Position numbers and translations under genes: made by a program | Source: the human T2T-CHM13v2.0 reference genome, Homo sapiens | Assembly: GCF_009914755.1 (NCBI RefSeq) | Contig: NC_060925.1 | Reading direction: 5' to 3' (one strand) | Length of the DNA: 64,000 nucleotides | Part shown: piece after piece, positions 1-16,186 of the stretch | Layout of the letters: each line of letters opens with the position of its first letter | Position numbering within the stretch: the first letter of the stretch is position 1 | The notes under the pieces: generated by a model | Told to the model about the DNA's origin: nothing | Database searches by the model: none | The model's input: only the letters and a program-made list of their open reading frames with translations

Positions 1-615
1 CCTTGGATTTTCCTTTCTCTGAGCCTTTAAGTAAAGTTTGAAAGCCAGAAATATTGGCCGCTTGGTGGAGCTAAAGTTAGATAATAAGGGTGTTAAAAGA
101 ATTTTCTTAAGGAGTGCTCAACTTAATTAAAAGTAGATATCTAAGTTGTAATTATATTTATAAGGCCTTTATGTTTTCCTTTTCTTGGACCTTATTTTGC
201 TGGAAAAAGTGTTTCTTTGCGGTCGACTGAGTTATTTTTCTCCATTTTGCCTTGCCACTTTTAATGCCTGCATAAGAGGGGCGATCTCTGTTTTCCTCAT
301 GGAACCCCAGGAATTAAAAGCAGATAGATCCCTCTCCCTGTGATGAAAGATCTTATGGCAACTGGGTTTTCTTCTGCCTGTCTGTGTAGTTATATATGTG
401 TTGTGTGTGATGTCTATAAAAAGATCTCTAATTAATTGACCTAAAGGAAGATAAGCGTTTGGATCAAATATTTTTTTAAAGGGAAGATAAAAGCTGTGGT
501 ATCTTTTAGTTCACGTCACTTTAATCTTTGAAAAATAAAAACAGCCTCAAATATTATTGGTAAAATACAGATGTTGTCAAAATATAAATAGACAGACTAA
601 ATTATGCAGTTCAGG
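1..615 (+). mobile_element. ERV1 (MER4-group) internal fragment in THEM4 intron 1
   Basis: Similar to ERV internal sequence at ~18450-19620 and ~45600-45740 (e.g. TTTTAGTTCACGTCACTTTAATCTTTG...ATTATTGGTAAAATA). Confidence 0.7.
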
Positions 616-829
616 TAGCGCCCTGCCGACCCTGTCTCTTAAAAAACAAAAAAACGGGGTCACCTTTCCATCCCTTTTCTAACGGTTTGAATCTCAGGAC
701 TGTATTCCTAGGCCCCTGTTGCTTATGCTGCCCTGTGGTGCCCAGGTGAGCTTTTATTCTGAGATTGGCTGGTTGGGGTATGGATAACAATCGAAGGCTC
801 TGTTACCGCAGGCGTGTTTCTGAGTCCTG

Positions 830-1460
830 CTCCCGCCCCATGCCCGAGGGTGCCCAGACTCACCAGCTCGGGTCGCGGCTCGCTTCCCGGCAGGCGCCGG
901 CCTACTGGCGGCCGGCACAGAGCCCCCAGCGTGCGGAGGCGCGCGGCGCAGCTCCTCAGCATGGCTCCGGGCCGCGGGGCCGCGCTTGCTCTAGCCCTGG
1001 ACGGCGCACTCTACCTCCGCCACAAGAGCGCGCGTGCGAGTTAACCCCTGGGGTGGACGCAGGGCGGGGCTTGGGGAGGAGGCGGTGCGCACTACTGGCG
1101 GCTGGCTGGCCGGGGTGTGAGGCCGGCGGGGTCCGGGTAGGGCATCGCTGTTGAGTCTATCTTCTGGTTCCGGCCTTTTCTTTCCGAAGACCTCCCGCTG
1201 CGGCCAACAGCCGGGCCACTTCCGGGGCTTCTCAAAGGCAAGAGGAGCGCGGCCGGAGCGGATCCCGGTTATCGCCTTGGGCCCCTCAGCCCCTCAGCCC
1301 CGGAACCCGCGCGCCGACTGGAGGCTTTGCGGTCATCCTTCCCACATGACCCAGGGCGTACGCAGTGCTCCGTGTCCCCAAGTAGTTATCCCTCCCCCGG
1401 AAGACTGAAGTCCCTGGGGCGGGTAGGAGCGCACGCTAGGAGTAGTATGAATAAAGTGTT
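830..1460. promoter_or_regulatory. CpG island / THEM4 promoter
   Basis: GC- and CpG-rich stretch over exon 1. GC box GGGCGGGG at 1062-1069, NRF1-like GCGCGCGTGCG at ~1028-1038, ETS/GABP CACTTCCGG at 1217-1225; no TATA box. Confidence 0.85.
864..962 (-). CDS. THEM4: THEM4 (CTMP, mitochondrial acyl-CoA thioesterase) coding exon 1, 33 codons, mitochondrial targeting peptide
   Basis: ORF 723..962 begins MLRSCAARLRTLGALCRPPVGRRLPGSEPRPEL, which I recognise as the THEM4 N-terminus. It is followed in phase 0 by a canonical donor CTG|GTGAGT (actcac at 858-863 on +). The rest of the ORF is intron read-through; remaining exons lie left of the window. Confidence 0.95.
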
Positions 1461-1931
1461 TTCTTGGAGGTCATGGGCAAGTCTCTGGACAGGGTTGATA
1501 GTGCTGATTTATAGAGGGCAGTCTGGGCACAAAGAGCATTTATACGATCGAAAAGCTGCTTTCCCTGCCAACAGCCCCATACCCTCCCCAGGAGCGCGCT
1601 TACGCCTTAAAAGACTCTTTTGTTATGTAAACTGACAGTTAAATTAAACGAAGGTAATGGATACTAAAGGCGTAACAGGTATTGTAACTATTTTACTGTT
1701 ATCGATGCTTTTGAGGTTACTTACCTCGCTTGTATTCGTATGGTGGGAATACTAGGCGCATACCTTCTGAGCTTCGAATTCAGTAACCTCACTGGGACCT
1801 TGAAATCGGACTGGGTTGGAGTATTCCCATTACTCAGATAATGCAAATCCGGGTCATCATACCCCTTTATTTTTAAATGCTTAGCAGTATGCCATAGCCC
1901 TAGTCCATCCTAAGGTGAAGACTCTAATGGG

Positions 1932-2013
1932 TTTTTTTTGAGACAGAGTCTCGCAGAGATACTGCTATTGCACTTCAGCCTGGGCAACATACTGATGCCC
2001 CATCTCAAAAAAG
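1932..2013. mobile_element. Two fused Alu 3'-end fragments in opposite orientation
   Basis: TTTTTTTTGAGACAGAGTCTCGC (minus Alu end) joined directly to AGAGAT..GCACTTCAGCCTGGGCAACA..CATCTCAAAAAA (plus Alu end). Confidence 0.6.
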
Positions 2014-2714
2014 CAATAAATTAAAAAGAAAACTCGAATGACCTGAATGCATTAGATATTTTGCCTTGATTCCTTTCCCATGAACAACTCCAGCAGTTTG
2101 TCAGTAGGTAAGAACACCTAGATACATTTTAAGCCTACACTATTAACTGGGGGAAGGTGTAACATTCTGAGAGAAAGGGAATTGGGGAGAGAAGGCAATG
2201 CAGTTAGGAGGGGCCCCTTGGAATCCTAGAGCTACTGAACCGAAGATCAGGCATAAAGGATGGTTGTTGAGATTCTGTAATTCTAAGAGGTTGTATTCTG
2301 GTATCTCCTAAGCACCCCCCCCAACCTCCCGCATTCCCTTTATCTCAGTTGTCTTCCTTTTTAATATATTAATAGTATTGCAGTTTCCTGGTGGCAGGGA
2401 TGGGGTCAGATTGCCTTATTAATTGTAACAACGCGCACGTAGTGCTTGAATACTTACTTAGCAGCAAGAATCCAAAGTATCTTTGGTGTCTGTTGTCTTC
2501 CCATGTTGTGCGTGCAGATGGAGGCACGAGCATAACGTAAATCTCTAAAATTGAGATGACTACTGTTAATGAATAGAAGAGTTTATTCAGGTAACTTAAA
2601 ATTGCATCTATTTACAATTTACAGTGTAGTCAAATCAATCAATACCTATAGACTTCAACCCTGCTAAGATTGTCTATATGATTAATGTACCAATAGCTCA
2701 CCTAACAGCTTCCT

Positions 2715-3003
<289 letters not shown>

Positions 3004-3364
3004 CCTATCAGCTTCTTAAAAGACCTTAGACTTAGGGCAATTAGAGGTCAGTTACACTGAGTTTAAACTTCATTAAATTTTAACTCTAAATTTTTCAAGT
3101 AGCGGCAGTGCATTTAGTTAAGTCATCCACACTCTTGCATGGCTTACTCTGGGATATTCGTGTTGACAGCACATATAAAATGTCTGGTCAGATTTGGAAG
3201 AGGAAGGGCAGGTTACAGTCTAGAAATAGGATTGATAGGCTATGGAAGTGAAGGAGTTTGAAGCTTGTATGGTTTAGGCAAGGAACAAATGTTCAATCTT
3301 GATAGAACTAGGCTACGAATAAGCCAATGGTATGAAACTTAATAGTCTTCTCACCATTCTTTAA

Positions 3365-5130
<1,766 letters not shown>

Positions 5131-5689
5131 CACTTATTAATGCACCTCTGATAACATTTCACATCTAAATTTTAAGTTAAATTTCAAACCTTCCATTTAT
5201 AAGAAAACTGAATGTCAGCGTGATGCTAGCTGCTTTAATATTTCTTGCTGAATTTTTCTTGGATTTGTTGTCATAGGTCTCACTCTTGGAAAGGATGTAT
5301 TCTTGAATTGTTATCCATGGGGCAAGGCACCAAAATGAGTCTCCGGCTGGGTGAAGGGTCCATCTTCCCTTTCAGTAGTGGAAGAAGGGTGACTGTGAAA
5401 GAGGAGGTTGAAAAGAGGAATTGCAGGCTCATTTTTAGGTAGATACAATTTATCTGCATCATTAATATTTTAATATAATGTACAGAGTTATTGTGTGGTT
5501 TTTTTTAACCATCATACAATATGTCCAAGTAATGTTGTATGGTTCTTGAAGTCATTTTAATCACATGGAGGAGAGGGAGATTTCTACTTGTGGGGTGTCA
5601 GGTAGATGGTATTGTCATTTACTACCTGTCATATGCTTTAGCTGCACAGGTCTCCTTTCAGCTCCTGGAGTGCCGCAGGCTCTTTCCTG

Positions 5690-6090
5690 CCCCAGGGCCT
5701 TCTTGTGTGTTGATGTTCTGCTTGTAATGCTCTTTCCCCCTACTCTTTCGTAGCTAACTCCTACTAAATTTTTGGTGTCAGCATAATTGCCACTTTCTTA
5801 GGGAGGCCTTCCCTGAACAAAGTGCTTACTAGGTTTCAGACAGTATGCTAAGTGCTTTATATACATGATTTTATTTAATCTGAATTAGGTCTTCATTAAA
5901 TTCTCTCAGAGTGCTGAAACTTTTCCTTTAAAGCAATTATTATAGTTTGTAGTTAAATATATATTTGTGTGCTACCTGTCTCTCTGAGGAGACTATAGGC
6001 TTTTTCCATGTCTCTTTGGTGTACCCATGCATTCAGTGACGTGCAGATCTTAGACACTCAAAAATAATTGTTGAATGAACTAATGAGTGG
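5690..6090 (-). mobile_element. L2/MIR fragments
   Basis: GGGAGGCCTTCCCTGA...TTGTTGAATGAACTAATGA, an L2 3'-end-like signature. Confidence 0.5.
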
Positions 6091-6899
6091 GAAACATTTG
6101 GAAGGAGGGCTGGGATCTTCTTTTCTCTCTCAACTTTTTCTCTTTAGTTGTCTCATCAATTCCCATGGTTTAAATACCTTTTATTTGCTGATGAATCTTA
6201 ACTTTTTATCTCTAGTTCAAAGTTCTCTTCATTTAATCATCAGGATAATCATGTGAGATTACCATTATTATCCCTATTTTACAGCTGAAACACCTGGAGA
6301 AAATTATATATTCCCATGCCATCATCAAATGTAGGGTTTCATGGATGTTATGATATATTCCCAAGAAAGTTCTGATATATCATTGTCATTACAGAGTGCT
6401 GCAGCACCATAAGACAGGGTGAACATTAAAAAAAAAAAATTAAAAAATACAGAGTGCTGGGTTGGTCTTTTTCAACATTGCCTTTGTTGAATTCAGAGTT
6501 AAGGGCATCTGTAGGATTTGTTATGTAAAGACACCTGGATTGACAGACCAACCAAGCTGTTACATGAAAATTCTGGTAATGAGTGAGGTGGGATGAACTG
6601 GATAAGCAGCAATCTTTACAGAATTCTAACTTAAGAAAGCTTATTTTTGCCTTGGTATACTGTGAATAATAAAAAAGTATCATTTATAAATACTTACAAA
6701 TGCTTAATATAGATTTTGAGTCACCAACATGTGACTAAAGGAACAAATCCACTTCTGTAGTTGTGGGATCACTGCAGGCCAGACTTCCTTTAGTATTGTA
6801 TGAAACCATTTAGGGTTGACACTAATTCAAATATCTTAAGAGTCTCAAAAAGAAAACCTACAATAGATGAATAGTGAAACTGTCCTTGTGCAAGTTACT

Positions 6900-7700
6900 A
6901 AATCCCTGAGCAGGTACAGTAGAAGCTAAGTCTTGAGGGACAAGTTGGAGTTGGCCCAGCAAATGAGGCAAAAGAGGACATTGCAGGTTCTGTGTCAAAG
7001 GACAGCATGAAGTCACCTGGCAAGTTCAGGACACTACTGAGAGTTTCCGTGGAGTTTGGGCATCCAGTAAGAGGGGGTTGTGGTGAAAGATGAGGCTGAA
7101 AAGGCTGGAGAAGCAGGCTGGGGCTTCAAGATCCCAAAGGACTCTATTCTCCTATATGTGTTTAGAGATCACTCTGGAGGAAATGGAGAGCTACAGGGAG
7201 ACTGTTACTAGAGGACTGGCATTATCTGATTGATATTTTAGAAGGATCATGATAGAGGCTCCGGGGAAATTGCATTGGAATCAAGGAAACACTTGAGTGC
7301 TTTGTGGGGATTGATAGAGTGAGGGGATTTGGTAATGGATGAGGCCAAGGGCAGGGGAAAGAAGGAGGACTAAGATGTTATCCAGGTTTCCTGGACTACA
7401 AATTGTGGAGGTACCCTTTAGAAAGGGAAAAGGAGGAGTATGTTTAGGGGCACAGGGAAGAAAAGTGAGTTCTTTTCTGGATACGTTGTGTTGAAGGTAC
7501 CGCAGAGATAATAGAATAGTTTGGAACTTAAGATAAAGGCCTGAAAGTGTCCTTTTTTTAGAACACAGAACATATTAGAGACATCAGTAAGAGCAGCTGA
7601 GGTGGGGAGGTGAGGCTGGAGGAATGAGTGGGAGGTAAACATACAAACAGGAGTAGACTGACTACTCTTCAGACCTCTTATAGTGAGAAGAGAGGACAGC
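6900..7700 (+). mobile_element. Degenerate L2 fragment
   Basis: Purine-rich stretch with L2-like motifs (GAAGGATCA, TGAGTTCTTTTCTGGATACGTTGTGTTGAAGGT). Confidence 0.45.
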
Positions 7701-8221
7701 AGCCAGAGGTGAAGAAAGGATTGTTTTTAAAGAAACATGGTGCTTTCTGTTTTTTAAATACTGAGAAGAAAGTCTAACGATCAAGTTTGATGAGACTAAA
7801 TTTATGTTGCAAACATATGAGTCTTATAGTGTTTATCTTTGATAGAAATGGGGGTGACTGTAAAGAGAATAATTATGTTTCTGAGGAAAAACTATAGTAC
7901 ACCTGTTATTAGGTTTTACTCCTATTCATTGTTTTCAAATTTTTATTGTCTACCTGTATACCGGACTGGATCCTGTATTCTAGTTTCCTTCAGTATCTGG
8001 CTATAATTTTCCAACTAAGAACAAAAATTGCTCTGTTCCTAAAGCCCCAGAGCTGAAGCTGGACAACTCAATGTAAATTTTAAGGGACAAGCCTCATGCC
8101 CGATGTGTGGACCACACCAAGTTCACCAAACTGCCCGATGCCATAACCAGAGACATTCAAACTACAAACCCACATGAGTTGTTAACTTTATCATGGGGAG
8201 TTTTTCTCAAGACTGTCGGAA

Positions 8222-8548
<327 letters not shown>

Positions 8549-8990
8549 TCAGAACAAGACCCTGCCATAATGAGACTATTATTTCCCTTAATTTTTCCTT
8601 GTTTATGCCTATCTTTTTTGTCTGGCAGAATAATGCTATCGTTAGAATTTCACAATCAGTAGCTTCTGTGGGTGACTTGCAAATTGTCATTCCATACTTT
8701 AACTCAGTCATGAGATTTTCTATTAGCTGAACAAGAAGGAATCATTGCAGTTGCTAACACTTCTTGTTGCACAGGGATAAATACATCAGGTATCATAGAG
8801 ACTGGGCTGAAAAAATAGACTGGCTACTTGGTTAAGATCGATATACTCCTCATCTGGCTCATTCTTCAATCTATTCTATTTTAGTTGGTTTGTTTCATGA
8901 GGACCCTAGCTAAGGAGCATACTCCAGACTCTTGATAATATCCTCCTGAGAGTAATAATAGTAGTCTGTCTGTTGCACTGTATGCTCTCA

Positions 8991-9404
<414 letters not shown>

Positions 9405-9516
9405 CTATGAATGATGTGTTGAGACTGGAAACCTAAAATGATGGTAACTGAGACTAGTGCCAATGCCCTTAGTTTTGGTCAGGTTCTCACTTGAGCCTTG
9501 ACCAAAAGGGGAAAAT

Positions 9517-10014
9517 TGTTAAATAAAAATTATAGGAGGCCATTGTTTTGGACTAAGCTCCTGCACTAGGCCCCAGCAGATCAGAATAAAAATCAAAATG
9601 GAGCCAGTCATACTAAAGTTTAATGTAACCAAACCAAAACTAAGTTGTTATTTGATCTTCCTAGAAATCAGGAGAGAGAGAACAGCTTAATTTCCCAAAC
9701 GGGCATGATAATAAAGTTTCGTCTGCCCTAATCATTACCAAAAAATGTAACCTGATGTTAACAATTAGTTATTTCTCCATTGTTCTGTTTCCTCTTCTCA
9801 CTGTACAAGGAAAGTAACTGTGAAATGAGTTATCCGCTCTTTGTTCTTTGTTTCTGCTTTCTTCAGCCCTTCTGTCTGTAAAACCAATCTCCTCTGCTCA
9901 GCTCATTGGAACACTATTCTGTTTTATAGAATGAGGTTTTGTTTTATTCTAGAATTGCAAATAAAGCCAATTGAGGTCTTCAAACTAAATATTTTGGAAT
10001 TGTATCCTTTGACA
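9517..10014 (+). mobile_element. ERV1 3' LTR (MER31-like)
   Basis: TG..CA termini directly after the PPT; AATAAA at ~9960; family name from recalled consensus. Confidence 0.75.
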
Positions 10015-10159
10015 CCCCCATTAAGCACTTTCTATATCTAGCCTCTGCCTGTTTCAACATACTCAAACCTCTTTCACATAAAACAACAGTCATGACAGCA
10101 GAAACTCTCACACCTATACCCTTCATCCATTGCTACCCCTCTTTCCACCAAAGACAACG

Positions 10160-10190
<31 letters not shown>

Positions 10191-10981
10191 ACCCAAACCA
10201 ACTTACATTTAAAAAACTCTTTTTGTTCTGGCCCCAGGTATTATTGAATTGTCATTCACAACTGCCAAGTTTAGTGAATATTTGTCAAGCCTTGTCTTAC
10301 TTAATGTCTTCACAGCAATTAAGAGTATAAATCACCTTTCTTTAAACTTCCTTTTCCCTTGGTTTCCATACGAACTCATCTAAGTTTAATTCCTATATCT
10401 CTGGAAATTTGTTTCTTCATGGAATCACCTACTTTCTTATTAAATTTGGGAACATTTGCCCTTTGGACTCTCTTCTCACATTGTGTGGCCTTCTGGCAAC
10501 ATTAGCTACTCTTTGCCTAGATTCTGATAGAAAGCTTGGGTTTAAATTTGACTCTGACCCTTCCTGGCTGAGGGACTGGATTTTCCAAATAACAACCAAT
10601 TCTTCAGTTCTCTGACACCAATGGGGTGTTCTACATTTGAATTAAAATCTGACACTAACTACACCGGGTTAGCACAGACCCCATGTTAACCTTGTGCTTA
10701 ATCCCACAAGACTGCCCTCACTTCAGACACCACAAATGGGATTCCCAGACTACCTACACTTTTGCCTAACCAACTATTAATTCTGGGGTTCCCATGACCT
10801 CTTTCCTCTTTAGTAATTCCCTATGTGACCAGAAAGAAAAAAATAGATGCCCCTTTATCAACTAATATGGACCCAAAGGTTAAGGAAACAAAATTACCTA
10901 TGGGTCAAGGGTTCAGGGCCTGGCTGGCATGGCACATTTTGAAATTCCTATGACTAAACTCCCTAAAAATAGGAGCAATCA

Positions 10982-11294
<313 letters not shown>

Positions 11295-11645
11295 TTACAA
11301 CCAAGACCACTGCAACTCTGATTGGACACAGGACCAGTCTTACAAACATTCTTTCCTAATAAGCAACTACAGACCTCAAGCCAGTTTTAGCCAGCTTATA
11401 GAGGCTGCACACAAACCATCTTTGTGTCCTACAGCTCACCTTTTGACATAAAGGCCAACTTCTACTTCATTTTCATTCTAAAATTCTGCCCCAAAGTGAA
11501 CATAGGATTTATGTAACTATGTTTACCCATTAAACATATATGGGGCTCCCCTCATAAATATGTATAGCCTTTCTCTCAAACTTGCTGAATATCTATCTAT
11601 TATACTGGTCCTGTGAGGCATAAAATCCAACATATTCTTTCCCTT

Positions 11646-12035
11646 TGTTAAATGAAGTTTAGCCTAAAGCTACATATTTTAAGTTCTGCCTAAAGGTTTC
11701 TCTGTACATAGTGAACAGTAAGCTAAATGGAAGTGTAAACAGACTGCAATCTACTCTTGTGCCAGCCACTGAGTTTTGGTCAATCAAATGGGGAAGCTGT
11801 TCAAATTGTGTTCAAATAAGGCAATCGCCAAGTTATAACCAACCCACCTGTTTCTGTACCTCACTTCCGTTTTCTGTATGTCACTTTCCTTTTTCTGTTC
11901 ATAAATCTTCCACCACTTGGCTGCACTGGAGTCTCTCTGAGTCTATTCCAGCTCAGGGGCTGCCTGATTAATGAATCGTTCTTTGCTCCATTAAACTCTG
12001 ATAAATTTAATTTGTCTAAGGTTTTTCTTTTAACA
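11646..12035 (+). mobile_element. Solo MER57 LTR
   Basis: TGTTAAATGAAGTTTAGCCTAAAGCT...TTTTCTTTTAACA; 4-bp TSD CCTT (11642-11645 / 12036-12039). Confidence 0.85.
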
Positions 12036-12557
12036 CCTTGGAAAAGAGTGTTTTCTTTTAACACCTTGGAAGAGAGAGCACCTTTGGTCCACACTGGAGC
12101 CTCTCTCCTGGCTTGCAAACTGATATCACCAATAAAATTCTCCTTTCTACTATTTAGCCATTCTCATGGTCTTTTGGATGACACCTAAAATGATTCACAG
12201 AGCTCAGGAAACACTATACTTATGGTAACAGTTTTATTATAAAGAATACAACTCCAGAACACCCAAATGGAAGAAGAGATGCATGGGGAAAGATATGGCA
12301 GGGATGGGGGTGTGGGGTACGGAGAGGGTGACATAACTTCCATGCCCTCTCTGGGCATGCCACCCTTCCAGTACATCAAGTTCACCAACTTAGAAGCTCC
12401 CCATGTTATAGAACCGAGCTGGGGTCCACTAGCCCAGTGCAGTAAGAGCAGATATCCACACCGAGGTTTTGCAGCTATGGAAAGGAAGGCATTTGTTTGC
12501 AAGGCACCAGACAGCTGGTGCTTAAATCCTGACCCCCTGATGGCTTGCAGGTAATGG

Positions 12558-12826
12558 TTTTTATTTTTATTTATTTATTTTTTTTTGAGACGGAGTCTCG
12601 CTCTGTCCCCCAGGCTGTAGTGCAGTGGCGCGATCTCAGCTCACTTCAAGCTCCGCCTCCTGCGTTCACGCCATTCTCCTGCCTCAGCCACCCAAGTAGA
12701 TGGGACTACAGGCGCCCGCATCAAGCCCGGCTAATTTTTTGTATTTTTAGTAGAGATGGGGTTTCACCGTGTTAGCCAGGATAATCTCGATCTCCTGACC
12801 TCGTGATCCGCCAGCCTCGGCCTCCC
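12558..12826 (-). mobile_element. AluY-like, 5'-truncated
   Basis: Y diagnostics (TTCACGCCATTCTCC, GTGTTAGCCAGGAT); ends abruptly at GCCTCCCA. Confidence 0.9.
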
Positions 12827-13063
12827 ACAGGCAAGATCATAAATCAATACATGAAGGCTACACATTGGTTTTGGCCTAAAGTGGCAGGATAACTTGAAGG
12901 GGATGGCTTACAGGGTCATAGGTAGACTCAAATATTTTCTGATTTGCAATTGGTTAAGAAAGACAAGCTTTGTTTAAAATTTGGGGTCAGCAGAAAATGT
13001 TAGATTTGCTTTGTGGTTGTGACTCCATCCAGGTTCCTCAGGAAGAAATTTAGAACAAAGAAT

Positions 13064-13990
<927 letters not shown>

Positions 13991-14024
13991 GAATGGGTGG
14001 TCAGAGTTCAGTCTTCAGTGCTCC

Positions 14025-14753
14025 TGTAACCACCCAGTGGGTTCTCCTTGCCTGCTGCCTAGACAGAGACAGTTTATCAAGACAGGAATTCCAATAGAGA
14101 AAGGCTTTAATTTGTGTAGAGCTTCCGTATGGTAGACTGGAGTTTTATTATTACTCAAATCAGTCTCCCCCAAAATTTGGGGATTGCATTTTTTAGGGAT
14201 AATTTGGTGGGTAGAGGGTTGGGAAGCAGGAATGCTGATTGTTTGGGTGGGAGATGAAACAGGGAATTGAAGCTATCCTCTTGTGCTGAGTCAGTTTCTG
14301 GGTTGGGGCCACAAGACCAAATAAGACAGTTTATTGATCTAGGTGGTGCCAGCTGATCCATTGAGTGCAGGGTCTGCAAAATATCTCAAGCATTGGTCTT
14401 AGGTTTTATAATAGTGATGTTATCCTGAGGAGCAGTTTGGGGATATTCGGAATCTTGGCAGCCTCCAGTTGCATGACTCCTAAACCATAATTTCTAATCG
14501 TGTGGCTGATTTGGTAGTCTTACAAAGGCAGCCTAGTCCCCAGGCAGGAAGGGGATTTTTTTATGGGAAAGGGCTGTTATAATCTTTGTTTCAAAGTGTT
14601 AAACTCTAATAAGTTCCTCCCAAAGTTAGTTCAGCCTGTGCCCAGGAATGAACAAGGACAGCTTGGAGGGTAGAGGCAAGATGGAATTGGTTAGGTCAGA
14701 TCTCTTTCACCATCATAATATTCTGAGTTATAATTTTTGCAAAGTCAGTTTCA
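14025..14753 (-). mobile_element. LTR8/LTR8A, 3' LTR of a minus-strand provirus
   Basis: TGTAACCACCCAGTGGGTTCTCCTTGCCTGCTGCCTAGACAGAG...TTTTTGCAAAGTCAGTTTCA; PPT complement GTCCCTCCCTTTGGG at 14754. Confidence 0.88.
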
Positions 14754-15670
14754 GTCCCTCCCTTTGGGTTTCTAAAGGCAGGAGTAAATTTCAGGAGTAA
14801 ATAAGGTTATAAAACACCTTCTTCTTAAGATGTGGGCTATGAAGATGGGAAAGGGTGATTAATGACCGCTCTAGCTTCTTCCTGCCAACATGGGGCATAA
14901 TGGGAGTAGGTGTTGACCCTAAGGTAAGAGGAGTGGAACTGCTTTGCAGCTGTTTGCACATGCTCAAGTGCAATGGGGTTTCAAGGCTTGCATGATAAAG
15001 GCATTAGTATTCTCATTTATAATTTTAACACAACATTTAAGTGAACAGTGAATTAGAAGGTAAATAATGAGTCCTAGGATAAAGAGTGAAACTCCTGGCT
15101 TCAGAAGTCTTTGTATAATTGATCTTAATCTCTGAGGGATCCAGGTAAATAGCTCCAAGAAACAGTCAGACAGGGGTCACTAGCAGAAAGAGATTTAGGT
15201 CAGAGGTTGTTAGACCGATTGGGATAGATGGGAAAGAGCATATTTAAATATACCATTCCATATATTTTTAGTCAGTTTCCTAGTCCTGAGACTAGATCAG
15301 TTCAGTTAAATAGCTATTTCTCATATCAGGAGAGTGGCATTGCAGATGGGCTAGGCCTCTATATGTGATGAAGGCACACAGATTTTAAATAAGAGGCATT
15401 TCTATGGAACAGAAGAAAAATGTTAATGTTGGGCATAACTTATCCAGATGTTAGACTCAAAATACCTTTAGTTGTAGACGAGGAAGCATGGCAATCTGAC
15501 ACATTTTTGTCAACCGTAGGACAAGGAATAAGCTTTAGCTTGCAGGGCCTCTGGAAAAAGGTAGTAAAAATTTCATTGAGTGGAAGTCAGAAAAGTGGAA
15601 GAAAAATTTGAAAGCATTAGTTTGGGGGCTCATAGCCCACAAAGAATTCAGAATTTAGTACAAATTGTAG

Positions 15671-16012
<342 letters not shown>

Positions 16013-16186
16013 CAAGACTAGAATCTTAACAAGTATACTACAGTTCTTTTGAAACACAATTTTTCTCTCTCCAGCACCCCATTTTTTAAAGACAAAATAT
16101 AGGACAAATTTACTTGCAAAATAAGTCTTAGTTTTAAGACTTATTATGCTTGGCCCAATTATTTGTATAAAGTAGAGCAAGAGTAA

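Noticed and set aside
765-1635. Several + strand ORFs over the CpG island
   Set aside because: GC-rich sequence lacks stop codons, and none resembles a protein I recognise.
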